A stretch of 64,000 nt of DNA, taken from Lama glama. Its lineage: Eukaryota. The notes under the pieces were generated by a model that had not been told where the DNA came from, searched no databases, and saw only the letters and a program-made list of their open reading frames with translations. A program made the position numbers and the translations under genes. Location: NCBI GenBank assembly GCA_028534125.1, contig CM052816.1, positions 47,494,001-47,558,000 of the forward strand, in the 5' to 3' direction. Below are positions 52,065 to 64,000 of the stretch, piece after piece; the stretch's first letter is position 1, and each line of letters starts with the position of its first letter.

Positions 52065-52290
52065 TAATATATAGTCAGAACAGCGAGCATTCGTTGGACT
52101 GTTATGTGTCTGGCAGGGAAAGTCTTGCTTTATTCTCTTGACAATCCTATAAGATAGGTTTCAGAATCCCAATTTTACTGATGAGTCAATTATAAATTTC
52201 TATTTTGAGATTAAGTAACTTGCCCAAAGTCACCTTACAGAGCCAGCAATCTAATAAAAGTCTGTCTAAGTTCAAAGTTTCTCCTCTATT
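52065..52290 (-). mobile_element. MIR SINE
   Basis: acaatcctataagatagg...atcccaattttactgatgag...gagattaagtaacttgcccaaagtcac. Confidence 0.82.
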
Positions 52291-52454
52291 TAATTTTTTT
52301 TGAAAAACCACAAACAGGTCTACAGAGTTGTATAGGAAATGGAAAGGACAGTATACTGATTGGCGTTTCTCTTTTCAGCTTCCCCATTATGTAGATAAAG
52401 TTAAATATTGATGTAAAATTTATAACCTGTGTTCATCACGGGATATTTGATCCA

Positions 52455-52600
52455 GAAGAAACCTGAGATAGAGCTAATCCACCCCACTCATTTATAAATG
52501 AGGTAATTAAGACCAGAAAGGTCAAGCATTTTCCACCAGGGGAATGGCTGTAAAATAAGAATAGAGCAGAAGTTCCGGCTTGGAGTTCTCTGATTCATCC
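52455..52600 (-). mobile_element. MIR3-like fragment
   Basis: ctaatccaccccactcatttataaatgaggtaattaagaccagaaaggtcaag. Confidence 0.55.
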
Positions 52601-54261
52601 TCTATTCCGTAATCACATTTTTGTAGGTGAAGTGAGGGGAGGGAAAACGAGAAAGAGGGACTGGGAAGACACAAACAGAGTGAGCTGGCCGCTGACAAGC
52701 CCAATGCCAGTACATTTTTGGGGAAAGATTGTCTTGTTTGAATGCATTTGACCCTCCACAGGGCCTGGTAACTTTTTTGGCTCTTGAGCGCTATGAAGGA
52801 CAAACGGTACCAGAAGATGCAGTCCATGTTTGTCTAAGAAAGGAGAGTCGGTCATTTTTATATCCTGTTGTGTCCCCCAAGTAAAATGTACGTTTTATTA
52901 TGAAAAGTGAGAAAGAATATAACTGTTAGTTGAAACACTAGTCAGCAATTTTAATTTCCTTGTTCTCTTTGTAAGAATTTCATTGGTTTATCTCAGTGAA
53001 AATAAAAGCATCTACAGCACATTTAGTAATTTTCCCCCAACATCTAGTCTAACTTATTTTTTGGGAGAGAGTGAGGTGGCTATAAATACCTTTACCACTT
53101 GATCTTATAACCTTAAATGAAGGCAAAACTCCCCTTGGCACTAACAAGAATTTTGTCTCTGAATAGTTACACAGAATCAGGTCCATCACGATTATGAAGC
53201 AATTTGATTCTTTCCCAAGAGATAACGTCTGCGGCACAATTTTCAGGTGGAACGCACAGACTAGCACCTTGTCCATATTCCTAATAATGACAAAAATGAA
53301 GGAGGAGAAAAGCCAGGAATTCTTGTGGGCTCTAGCCGCCTTGCTTCAAAAGCCTGTCAGCTAAACAAATAAAGTGAAGTAGTGGGAGGGAAAGGCAGCA
53401 AAATGAACTGCTGGGGGCTAGAGTTAATGAGTGGTCCGAGGAAGGGGAAGTGATGGCGAACACACAGAACAAAAACATTTAGCACTACCAAAAAGAGTTA
53501 GCACGCACAAATGGGATCTTTATTCAGTTCCAAAATTGATCGCTTTCTTGTGGGATCTGCCTCCAAATCAGCTACAGACTCCTTCCCCCCATCCCCTCAC
53601 CCCCAAACAAGATGAGTCAGATCAATCAAAAGATGGAAACTTTGAAGCATGGTTAGGCTGCTGGGGAAAAGCATGTTAAACGTGTCTCAGGCTTCATTAA
53701 AAAATGCCTACACAACACCTTGGGTAAATCCACGGCAGCTTGGCACTGCCGCCTCATTAGGACTAAAATGAAGTGGTCATTCCCTGAAGACTGCCCCGGC
53801 CATATTCTGACCAATCCCAGGAGAGCGTCCTGCTCACACGCAGTGATTGGAAGCCTAACCAGCCACAAATCCTCTCTCACCTTGGTCTGTGCAAGGCTCT
53901 GTTGGTTTCAGGCAGTACAGCCAGGCAAGGACAGTGTATCTCTCCAGGCTCACTGTTAAAAGGGGACTGATCGGAGATTTTCTCCAAAAAGCTTATTGCT
54001 CCCTTTCAAAACTTTGAAAACAAATGAGTTACCAACAACTTATCTGAAGAACTACACTAGCCATTAAAACAAACAGTTCTCTGGTTGTGACAATGACTGG
54101 AATTTTTAGCAATTAGGGACAACACAGAGAAAGAAGGACATTCTTTGAAACAAATGCTTTGGTTCCCAGTACCCTTGTACCAGATGCCATGGGGAGTTAA
54201 AAAGCAGAAAGCTCCCAGGACGGGGGAGGAGTGAGGCTTTCTCCTGTGCATTCTCAATATT

Positions 54262-54397
54262 CTTGCCACTTCAAGAGAGGTTCAGGGACCAGCATCACTG
54301 GGAACTTGTTAGAAACGCAGATCCCAAATCTCCTGAATCAGAATATGCATATTGACAAGTGATACTTTTGAACATGGAAGTTTGGGAAGCACTGCTC
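54262..54397. mobile_element. MER5A-like hAT-Charlie MITE (deleted copy)
   Basis: gaccagcatcactgggaacttgttagaaacgcaga...ctgaatcagaatatgcatattgacaag...aagtttgggaagcactg. Confidence 0.85.
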
Positions 54398-55237
54398 CGC
54401 ATCAAGGGTCCACAGTGGAGAATATCGTGGAATAATAATAATAAAAATCAGTATAAATGCCATCCTACGTGAACAACTTATCTTTAAACCCTCTTCCTGT
54501 CAGTGTGGTTCCAAGTAACCTACTGACACAAGAGGCTTCAGAATTATGGCAACTTCGGAGTGCCAATACTTTGAGACCCAGAAGTTGGTTGGGTTTGATA
54601 TATAATGATGTGGGCCAATTATTTCAGTTGAAATATTGGTGGCATCATTAATAATTTTTATAAAATCATTTATACTAGAGGTAGAGAAAGTGATATGAAT
54701 AAACTTCAGGTGTCTGTGTTTATTTGTTTTCCAAGAATAAGTCTTTAAATAATGTAATTTACCCTGAAAAGGACATACAGATCAGAGCTGTCAAGTCAGT
54801 GCCTCAGTTTACCTTAGTAATTTTCAATCAAACCATTTTACAGTCAAAACTAAGCTCATCTTGTCAAGGACAAACCCATCAGCAACTATACCTGGGTTAA
54901 TATATGCATGGATGCGTTAAGTATGTTCTGCTGAGGTTTCCTTAGCTAAATCAATGGCTTTACTTTTATTATAATTTTTTTCTTCTATGTATGCCTTTGT
55001 AATTTTGTGAAAATGACAAAAATATTAGCTTGGTTATTTAAGACTGAATTCCTAACAGCATGATAACTATTGCGAGGAGTCATGTGAAATGGACCATGGT
55101 CCATCAGCCAAGTTTTATGTCACCAAAGATCCTGATTGCCATGCTGAAATTATCTTTCCAAAAACAGACGTATTTTTGGCTTTCTTATTTTCAGTTACTA
55201 CTACATTATAGTTCGGTGATTTATGGATTTACCAAAC

Positions 55238-55505
55238 CCAGCATTTTCTAACGTGTGTTTAGAGAAATACAAATGCTAAGCGACATTTAGGGTCCTTTGG
55301 TTAATTAAATTTGGAAAATACGGGATTAAACAAAATTATAAGGATTACTTTTCTGCATGACTTCTTAGAGCCTTCATTATGCTGAGATACGTTGTTAATA
55401 CCCAATAGCGGGGATGTAATATTCAATGTTTTTGACCTCAAAAGCTGCATGTTAAAGAATATTCTCTATGATTAGTGTCTTGAGTTGCATACTTTGGGAC
55501 ACCCT
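55238..55505. mobile_element. MER103-like hAT-Charlie relic
   Basis: aatttggaaaatacgggattaaacaaaatt...ctgcatgacttcttagagccttcattatgct...actttggga matches the recalled MER103C consensus. Confidence 0.75.
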
Positions 55506-55619
55506 AATCTAATCTAATTTCTAATCCTGTTTGGATTTTCATTCTTTCAGAGACCATATTATACCTCTCCTAGTAAAAAATGGTAAACCAGCACATTTGT
55601 AGTTGGTACTGCACAACTT

Positions 55620-55775
55620 AACACTAATTTATACACTCTTTTGTATTTTTCATTATAGTTTTGCCTCTCAACTCGATTGTAACTCCTTGGGCAGTGTGAA
55701 TCCTGGATTATACTTTCATATTCACCACAGAATTTAGCATTGTGTTGGATTTGTTAGGTAATAAAATACTTCCTG
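55620..55775 (+). mobile_element. L2 3' fragment
   Basis: ctcaactcgattgtaactccttgggcag...tcatattcaccacagaatttagcattgtg...taggtaataaaatac. Confidence 0.6.
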
Positions 55776-58700
55776 GTATACTGACCTATGCTAAAATTAA
55801 GTTTTTCAAGTTTCCATGGATATTCAGTCTTTCTAGTATGATTTAATGAGATAATCTGTTATTTAAGTAGAACTTTCTCATGATTTTGTAAACTTTGATC
55901 CTACATCCAATAAGACTTCGTCTTTCTGATGAATATAAATATTTCTTGTATATGATTATCAAAGTGATACCAGGATCTGGATCTTTTTCCACATTTAAAT
56001 CTTAAACACAGACTTTCCTCCTGTGCTATATATATGCTAGGTATTCTTTCTTTAATTGCAGAAAGCAGACATGCCAGGAAAATTCCAGTGCAGATGTACC
56101 ATTAGTCTGAATCTGTTTTGTTATTATTTTCATCACCAGTGTGTTCCTTAATGAAACCTGACAATTGTTTGAGTTTGACACTGCAGAATAATATTGGAAT
56201 TGTAAGTCTAGAAGCTACTGAAACCTTTATTCCTGGGGGCTGAGTCACAGGGAATTGAGGTCAATGAGTTTCAGGGATGTTCAGAAAGTTCCTGTATTTG
56301 ATCTTGCCGGCACTTCATTCTCACAAGTACAGCTGCCATTTTTTTGTCACTTAAAGAGTACTGGTAACCTATCCTTGTTTACTGTGAAGTTTGTTAGTTG
56401 CTCTTCTCCATTTTCACCCACAATGTGTGCTCCTACTTGAATTTAGTCTCTTTACCTAGACACTTCAAAATTAAAAAAGGAAAAGTACTTTTTAAAGCTT
56501 AGAAATTCCCCTTAGGCTCCATCTCTTGGGGGATGAGGTAGTGAGAAGGGGAGGCAGAGATAAGTTATTTCTTCTTCCACCCTCTCAGGCCACTGAAAAT
56601 TATCTTGATGGTCAATTCCTTGGCAGTAGGTCCTACAAATGTTCACACAGGTTCTTTGGGATGATATGAAGAGCTTATATTTGAGTCTCCTGAATTGATT
56701 AGTAACAACCAATCATGCCCAAACCTATTCAAAAGTATGATGTTTTATAATAGGCTAAATTCTATTTAGTACCCTGAAATTTACTAGTACCTAGTTACAG
56801 AATTCAAATCACCATTGCAGACACACGTTTGGGTAATATCTGGAACTTGTCTTAGTCCCTTAAATTGGCATCTCAGTGAGTAGGTTGGGCAAAATACTTT
56901 TTTTCCACTGGGAAGATAAATATATTTGATCGTTTTAAATATCTATATTAGGGAGTTTGGCCAATTACCTGCCTAAAGACGAAAAACTGGATCCAATTAT
57001 TTATTAATATTCTTTATTATGTTAGCCTACCCAGTCTTCAACTGAATACATTTTTTTAAACATTGGCATTCCAAGCAGTGAAAATCAATCACCCTCCTCC
57101 AATGGATTTGTGCTCATAGAGATAAATTTTGTTCTCAAGCATAAAAGTTAAAGTAAGAAAGTGAGATTTCAAAGTCAAGGATATGCCTCAAAACACCTAT
57201 CAACACTTTCACTCCCACCCTGTCCTCTTCTGGTCACCATTAGGAGAACCACTAAAATTGAATTCAACGGCTATGTATTATGCATGACTGCATTGTTTAC
57301 TGTATTGTTTGATGCCATTCAGTTCACCTGAGATGAAATCAGGCCAAGGAGGTAAATTAAGTCTACCTTCAGAACTCTAGACTGCTGACTCTTATAAAAA
57401 TTGATTTACTATTTTATCTAACGTTTTAAAAACTCATTTGATTAAGTTGTAAATCATATCATTCAGTACTACTACATCAGAAGGTAAAATTAATGGTGGT
57501 GATAAGGACATTAGAAAAAGCCACAGCATGGTGACATGACAACATGAAAAAACAGATGAATAGCCGCTTAGGAGCAGTGACACAGGGTTCAGATTTCATT
57601 TGAATGGTGAAGGGCATCATCCTATTGAGCCGACTGGATGAGGGTAAGTTCATATTGGCACGTGGTTTGATGTCATCATGGGTGACACGGAGTAGTGGTA
57701 CAGTGAGAAAATGACAGGTGGCATTTTGAAGACCAGAAAAATAAAAATTTGAGGTTAGCTTGAGGTGAAAGTGCTTTATCTTTGCCAGATAAAGAAACAA
57801 TCCAGTAATTCTGAGATCTAAAGTTTTTTTTTTCTATTAACTCTTTAAAAGTAGCCTGAAAGGAAAATAAAATTGATGGCAGGATTCCAGGGTCACATTA
57901 AGTGTAGGTGACAAGTTTGTGAATGAAATTTAATATCGGTATAATTTTATCAGAATGGAAAGGATGCCATTGTAACGAGATGCATGTGACATCAGGAAAT
58001 TTAGTACCTTTCACATAACACACATGCTTCCTACACTTTATCATGCCAATGCTTATGCCATCCCAAGAAAGGGGGTGGGTTTAAACTGAAGACTAAAGGA
58101 TCTTTATTTTTCACTTAGAGATGAAGAAGAGGTATAAAGGGCATATCAGCACAGGCAATGCTTTCTACCAGAACTTCTGATACATCAACAATTAGGTGTT
58201 CTTTGCAGATTGATCATAATGCATTATTAGCTCTCAAAGCCTTATGTTGATGAATGTCTTGTCCAAGTCAGCAACTTTTGCCTCAGATCTCTTGGCCATC
58301 GACCTGCCCTGTCATTCCCTGCCTCAGAAATGGTATGGCCGGCTGAGTATAGGTCCCACCTAAAGCAGCAGTCAAATCACATAAGGAAAGTCACTCACTG
58401 CTCCTCATCAAAACGAATTTGGAATTCCTGACTTGTTTTACTGTGTCAAACGTGCTTATGAAGATCAGAAGATGTCATCTTACAAATGAGGAAAGTCAGA
58501 CGAAAAGAACCCCTCCCCTTTTAATCACCGAATGACAGATCTAGGAAATAAATCCTGGTTTTCTGTTTCTGTTTCAATAAGCCTAATCACAACAAATAAT
58601 CAGTTTGCTGCCTTATTCTCCTTTCAAAGAAGAAACACTGCTATTTTTTGAGTGAGTCTGAGATACAAAGAAAATGTCTATTTTCAGGTGAAAAAAATGA

Positions 58701-59762
58701 ACCCCTGATGTAAAATTTACATTTTTACGTACGCAAGGGACTAAAACTAGGAAAGGTGTACATCTTAACATAAAAGTGAGAAAATAGGATATTTAACAAA
58801 ATCTTTGAAATTGTATAGTACTGAACCAGAGTCTGAAAATGAGTCAATCCACTTATATGATGATAAAGATTTGATAGTGCTAATCCTGGAAATTTAGTAT
58901 GCGAATCAGGCCTCCTGCCTGATTTGAAACGAACACATTTAAGGCCTAGTGTATGCGACTGTCTCTTGGTTTATGAGTGAGACTGAGACAAGTGCACACT
59001 TGCCCAAGAAAAGTAGACCCCTCCAGATCTCCCCTTCTGACCGATGAAGAATCACACTCACAGCATGAAATAATCAGGGCTTCGCTCATAAAATAACCAC
59101 ACTGATATTTCTTTATTCCTGTAGGACCAAGAATTGATTTTTAATGATGAGCAAGCAATTTTGTGTCTTTGAAGTAGAAATAGGGTTTTTAAAACTTTTA
59201 TTTCAGTGCATATCAGTTCTCCGTGTTCACCTCTACAGTTATGTGTGAGGGGCTTCAGTGCCGTAGCACCTACCTGTTTTATATAAGATAAAGGAAACAT
59301 GCTAAAATCTTGCAGGGGTCTCCGAGACATTTGGGCAGCGCTGAACATGCCCCAGCATCACCTGACTTCTCATCAATGCAGTCTTTTATGTTGATTACAA
59401 ATGGAGTAATAGTACACAAACAGGAGGTAAGGAGTGGGAAAGAGAAATATGAAAGAATACAGGGTGTTAGCGAAAATAAAGAAAGCAAAATATGTAAGAC
59501 AGTAAGTAAAGGCAAGAGGAGGGCCTGGACAGGGACATTTAAAGGTGATGGAATGGTATGTAGCCAAGTTGATCTTGTGCATTATGGTAAATTACTGTAT
59601 TAAAATTTGCACTCATCCAGTTTTTAAGAATGAGGGTCAGAATCATTATATAGTACACTTATCATCCAGGTAGAATTTAGAAGTCGTATGTCATTTTTTA
59701 AAACTTAGGAAACAATGAAATACAGAGGTTAAAGCAATTACTAACTTGCTTTTTTTTTTTCT

Positions 59763-59860
59763 TGCAACAAATATTTATTAATATCCATATGCACAACTGG
59801 AAACCAATGAAGTTAGGGAATAAATAAGAGCTCATCACTCTAAGAAGCACAGATAAAAAT
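59763..59860 (-). mobile_element. Short L2 3'-end fragment
   Basis: caacaaatatttattaatatcc...aataaga...ctctaagaagcacag. Confidence 0.45.
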
Positions 59861-61449
59861 AAACTAAGAAATAGGGATGATGAAAAAATACAATACCATT
59901 ACAGCTGATTTTCATCTTGAGAAAAGGGTCACTGCCTAGTTTATCACAGAAAGGAGTTTAGCAATTGTCGAGTGGTTTCTAGGGAAAGCTGAGAACAATG
60001 ATGAGGGTGTGGACCGAGGGTTCTTACAGGAACTGACCCTCTAGAATGCTTTGTGCAAAACAATGAAATAGCAAAAATAACCAGTACCTTTCAGATGCTT
60101 CATCAACAAATAGTACATTTTCACCTAAAATGTTAAAGCGAAAATTATGTAATACCAATGCAGATTTTCTTCATTTTGTCTATTTGAACGGCCTTTCTTA
60201 TAAGGCTAGAGAAGAACATTTTAATTGTTCTTTCAATTGCACACTCTCTTAAATCATGATTCAAATACAGATCAGTTGACTAGTAATTATCCATCACATT
60301 TTGGCTGTATGGACAGCAAAATCAGTTATTAAGGGCAAACAACATGATCTTGTTTCAAAAGAGATTCTGATGTTTCCACTGCACAGCAAATCCTGTTTCC
60401 AACTCTTGCCTCACTTTCCAAGATCTGGGTGAACAGACAATTTAGAAAATGCTAAGCCACTCAGCAGGTCTCCGCAGTCTGGAAGAAGCAGAGAGGAGAC
60501 TCACAAGGTTATATCATGAGAACATATCTACGAGCGTTGGATTCTCCAGAGTGTGGCCAAGGACAACACGGTGTTAGTGGACAAAGGTCCTCAGCTCTCC
60601 CCCTGCAGGGTCGGGTGCCTGGGGGATTTGCTCCGTTGGATCCCACTCACGTGACAAGTTGATGAATAAATTCTTAAAGAAAAAGACATCCTGCAATACT
60701 TTTAATAAAGATCTGGACTATGTGGAAACAAGATAATGGATAAGCCTTTAGAAATAAAAAGTTAAGTGCCTTGGCTATTCTAAAGAAACAGCACAAATAG
60801 TCTATTTGGGTTTGTAGCATGCTAGACGTTGTGCCAAAACTATGACGAAAATAGAAACTACCTTGTTTCTCACCAACAAATACCAGTGGTGCAATCTTAT
60901 GACAGCAGTGTGGGGACCACAGGGGTCACATAATCAGAGACCAGGCCGTCAGAATGAGCCACTCTTCCTTCCTTTTATTGTTTGCCTTACCCACAAAAAC
61001 CGACTGTGCAAGTCCCTTTTCCTAAATCAGATGATAATTCAGTGTATTTATACTTTGTTTACTGTATTTAAGAAATCCTCATATCTAAGGATTTCCCAAA
61101 TTAATGCTAAGCAGAAAAAGAGCAGTGAAAAGGTAAATATTTTTCCTCCTGGATCTTATCTTTTATTAATCTGCATACATGTTATTCCAAATATATACAT
61201 GTAGCTCACCACATATATATGTGCATAGAATGTATAAATACATATATATTATACATGAATGATTTATTACAGAAATATCAGTGTTTCTAGATTACACTGC
61301 ATACTTGATGAGCTGTCATTAGTGCAGAAAGGATACATAGCTTTTCAACAAAGGAAAAGAATGAGGCTGCCAGAGTGTTGCAGTGGTTTGGGCTTTTTCT
61401 TTTTTTTTTTTCCAGCATCCATCCCTGCCAATCTCCGCACTGCCAGTAG

Positions 61450-61860
61450 GGAAAACCATATCCATGGCAACCAACCGTACCATTCCAACCCACATCAATG
61501 ACGCCTCCAATCTAAACTGTCAAATATTCTATGCACATCATGTAAAATAGGTCTCTTTCCCCTTATACCTCTGTGCATCTCGTTTCCGTGGCTACATGTT
61601 TATGCAAATGAGAATTGTCCTTTCTCTCTCAGGTTGATTGAACACTGAATTTGTTTTGCACCTTGGCAATGCAAAGCCATGCTGTCTTGCCACCTGGTCT
61701 ACCACATAATTGCAAAAAATTACATTATAATGATAACTGTCCCCAAATTAGCCTGATAACACCATCTACCTGCCTTGTGAGCGAAAGAAACAGTGTGCAA
61801 TAAAGCAGGATGTTAAAACAGAGTCGAGATAGGGGAATAATGTTTAATTGGCTCTCCAGA
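61450..61860. promoter_or_regulatory. Candidate enhancer with RFX X-box and octamer motifs
   Basis: ATATCCATGGCAAC 61458-61471, GTTTCCGTGGCTAC 61582-61595, ATGCAAAT 61602-61609. Confidence 0.4.
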
Positions 61861-64000
61861 GTCTACTAATTTTCAGAATTGGAAACCTAGTGTTTGATTT
61901 GTTCTTTTTAGTCAGTGAGAAGAAAAAAATATCCTTCATAAATTCTGAATGACAAATTTGCCCATCCTTTTTTTACATGTGGTTCCAGCATCCCAGGGAA
62001 TCTAAAGTGTCATTTCCTCTCTGGAAGAAAGGAAGCACAAAACATGCTAGGTGTGTGCTCTACATTTTCACTCAGTAGCAGCTCTAGCTATAAATTTCTC
62101 CCGATCTCTGTAGCTCAGTCTTTTTTTCTCAACCCCCTCCAAATCCTGGATCAATACCTTTCTTTTAAAGTTAAGATGCAGGCTTTTTACTGGATGACAC
62201 ATATGAAAATAAAATAAAGCTGGGAATCTAAAAGAATTATCTTCTCTCCTCCCTCATCGCCTTTAATCTATTGCTTCCCACTAGATTATGTTCTGTAAAT
62301 AATTTTGAGGTGGTGGTGGTGGTAGGAGATTCTTCTTTAGAAAAATCACAATTACATATTTTGCAAATGATAATGAGAACAATCAATTGCTTTTTATTTA
62401 GTTCATTTTAAATTATAGCTTACTTTAATTAAGGACTTTTTTTATGTTAATTTTTTTAACAAACAAAAAAAAAAAGGAAATGGGCAGGTCCAAATGTGGT
62501 ACGTAATGTGTTTCCCTGGGATGTAAATGACAAAATAAAAGATACTAGATTCTGTTATAGTAAATGCTGAGGATATATTTTACTTCTCCTCCCGCATCAT
62601 ACTTCTCTCCCTGCAAAACAAACCCTTCAGTATTTTAAAAAACAGAAACAATTTTATACAATAACATGAGATTTTTGGCTCAGACTGATATTTTGAACTT
62701 TGTTTATAAAGACTCAGAGTCACCTTTGAGTAGATGAGGGAGAAGCAAAGGTTAGAAAGGTGGACAGGACCCCTTCTCAGTTTAATAGTTCATCTGTAAA
62801 TGTGTCCTGGACAAAGAGGAAAAAAACGAAGTTTCCAAAGCCAGATTCTTCACGTATTTTCCCCCCTCGTCCTCCCCAAACTCTGCATACCTTGTAGGGT
62901 TCAGCTGAGGCCCCACTGTCTCCTAAGAAGAACCAAGTGATGACCCCCTTCTCTGAGGTCTCCGTTCTATCATGTTGTTTCAGCATTTCATTAGATGCCG
63001 TTTCCTGATGACTTGCTCTCTGACAAGATTGCAAACCCTGGGGAGGAGTTGAGGGAAAATAATTTCATAGGATTCTTTTGTATTTTCTATCCTTAAAGCA
63101 AATATTTTGCTAAGTTAAATTCAGTATCAAGTCTTGACTGTTCCTGGGTTTTAGATTCAGACACTTAGGCAGGGAGCAGCTAAGAAACATGCCTCTGGTC
63201 ATGGCAGAAGGGAAATCAACTTTTAGTTGTGTTCACCAAGTTCAAGAAATCATGTCACGTGTTTTATATATGAACAATAGTCTGTTCCTTGGTAAAATTT
63301 ACTCTTAAATAACAGATTATATTTTTCAAAAACAATAATAGTTGAAAGAGAGAACATAATGTCTTTAATAATTCTGTTTGATTGTTATGGCTCTGTCAGT
63401 ATTCTTGCTTCCTGAGCAATGTTCATGGGCCTCTGGGGAATTACTAAGGAAGTGAAGAGCTAATTTTATAAAGATTACAGTCAAATAGGGTGATAAATAC
63501 ATGTAAACACAAATGACACAAACAATTAAAATTTGTGTCTCAATATCAATTAAGACTGTTAATACTATATCATTCCAATGAATTTATCAAATATAATATA
63601 CAAAATTTCCAAGTAGTTTGGAAGGCTAAAAAAATGATCATTGGATTTGTGTTCTAGGAAAAAGAGTATGGGTGAATAATTTGACTCAGTTTTACCTGAG
63701 GAGGACAAATATTGAAGGATCTGACTTTTTCCATGAAGTCAGTTTTTTAAAGCCTCAAATTTGTGCACTTGGACTGTCTCCGCTCAGTCTCAATGATGGA
63801 GTTCCTTCTTCTTCTAAATAGACTTTCTCTGGACAAGAAACTCCCTTTCAGAATGTCATTCTATTCAGCCGTCCTTTGCCTAATTCTCCTTGTTCTCCCT
63901 TTAACTGCCTTGGTGTGAAAAATGAAATGGAGAAATAAGAAGAAATTCATTTGCACAATGTGAGGGCCCCCAAAGTTTGAATTCCACAAGTGAAAAAATA

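Noticed and set aside
57190..57315. Possible old L1M 3'UTR fragment
   Set aside because: Similarity too short and diverged to support by eye
60790..63740. Faint L2/MIR traces near 60.8, 62.7 and 63.4-63.7 kb
   Set aside because: Too degraded to assign a family or boundaries without an HMM search
1..64000. ORF-track entries (60-180 aa) as protein-coding genes
   Set aside because: Short, overlapping on both strands, many with non-ATG starts, no recognisable domains and no consistent exon structure; this is expected background in mammalian non-coding DNA

Overview
AT-rich, CpG-depleted, non-coding mammalian genomic DNA. It is probably camelid (alpaca/camel): it carries two artiodactyl-type L1 3'-end fragments with camelid-like wording, and I saw no ruminant, cetacean or pig SINEs. 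No protein-coding exon, tRNA, rRNA or CRISPR array can be supported, and the ORF track looks like chance ORFs apart from a decayed L2 reverse-transcriptase remnant. The window holds many ancient repeats (MIR, L2, MER5, MER102, MER103, MER117, MARNA), concentrated after ~23.5 kb. The stretch from ~9 to 23.5 kb has almost no recognisable transposon. It contains motif-dense candidate enhancers, a pre-miRNA-sized hairpin (15436-15503), and a candidate + strand promoter/non-coding first exon (~19.2-19.6 kb) with three overlapping uORFs, a splice donor and a near-consensus CTCF site. A second promoter/enhancer-like island lies at ~29.7-30.6 kb. Overall it resembles the 5' regulatory end and first intron of a large gene, which I could not identify. 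Repeat family names come from recalled consensus sequences, boundaries are approximate, and nothing was computed or searched. I found no convincing novel biological system; the findings below are leads to test.
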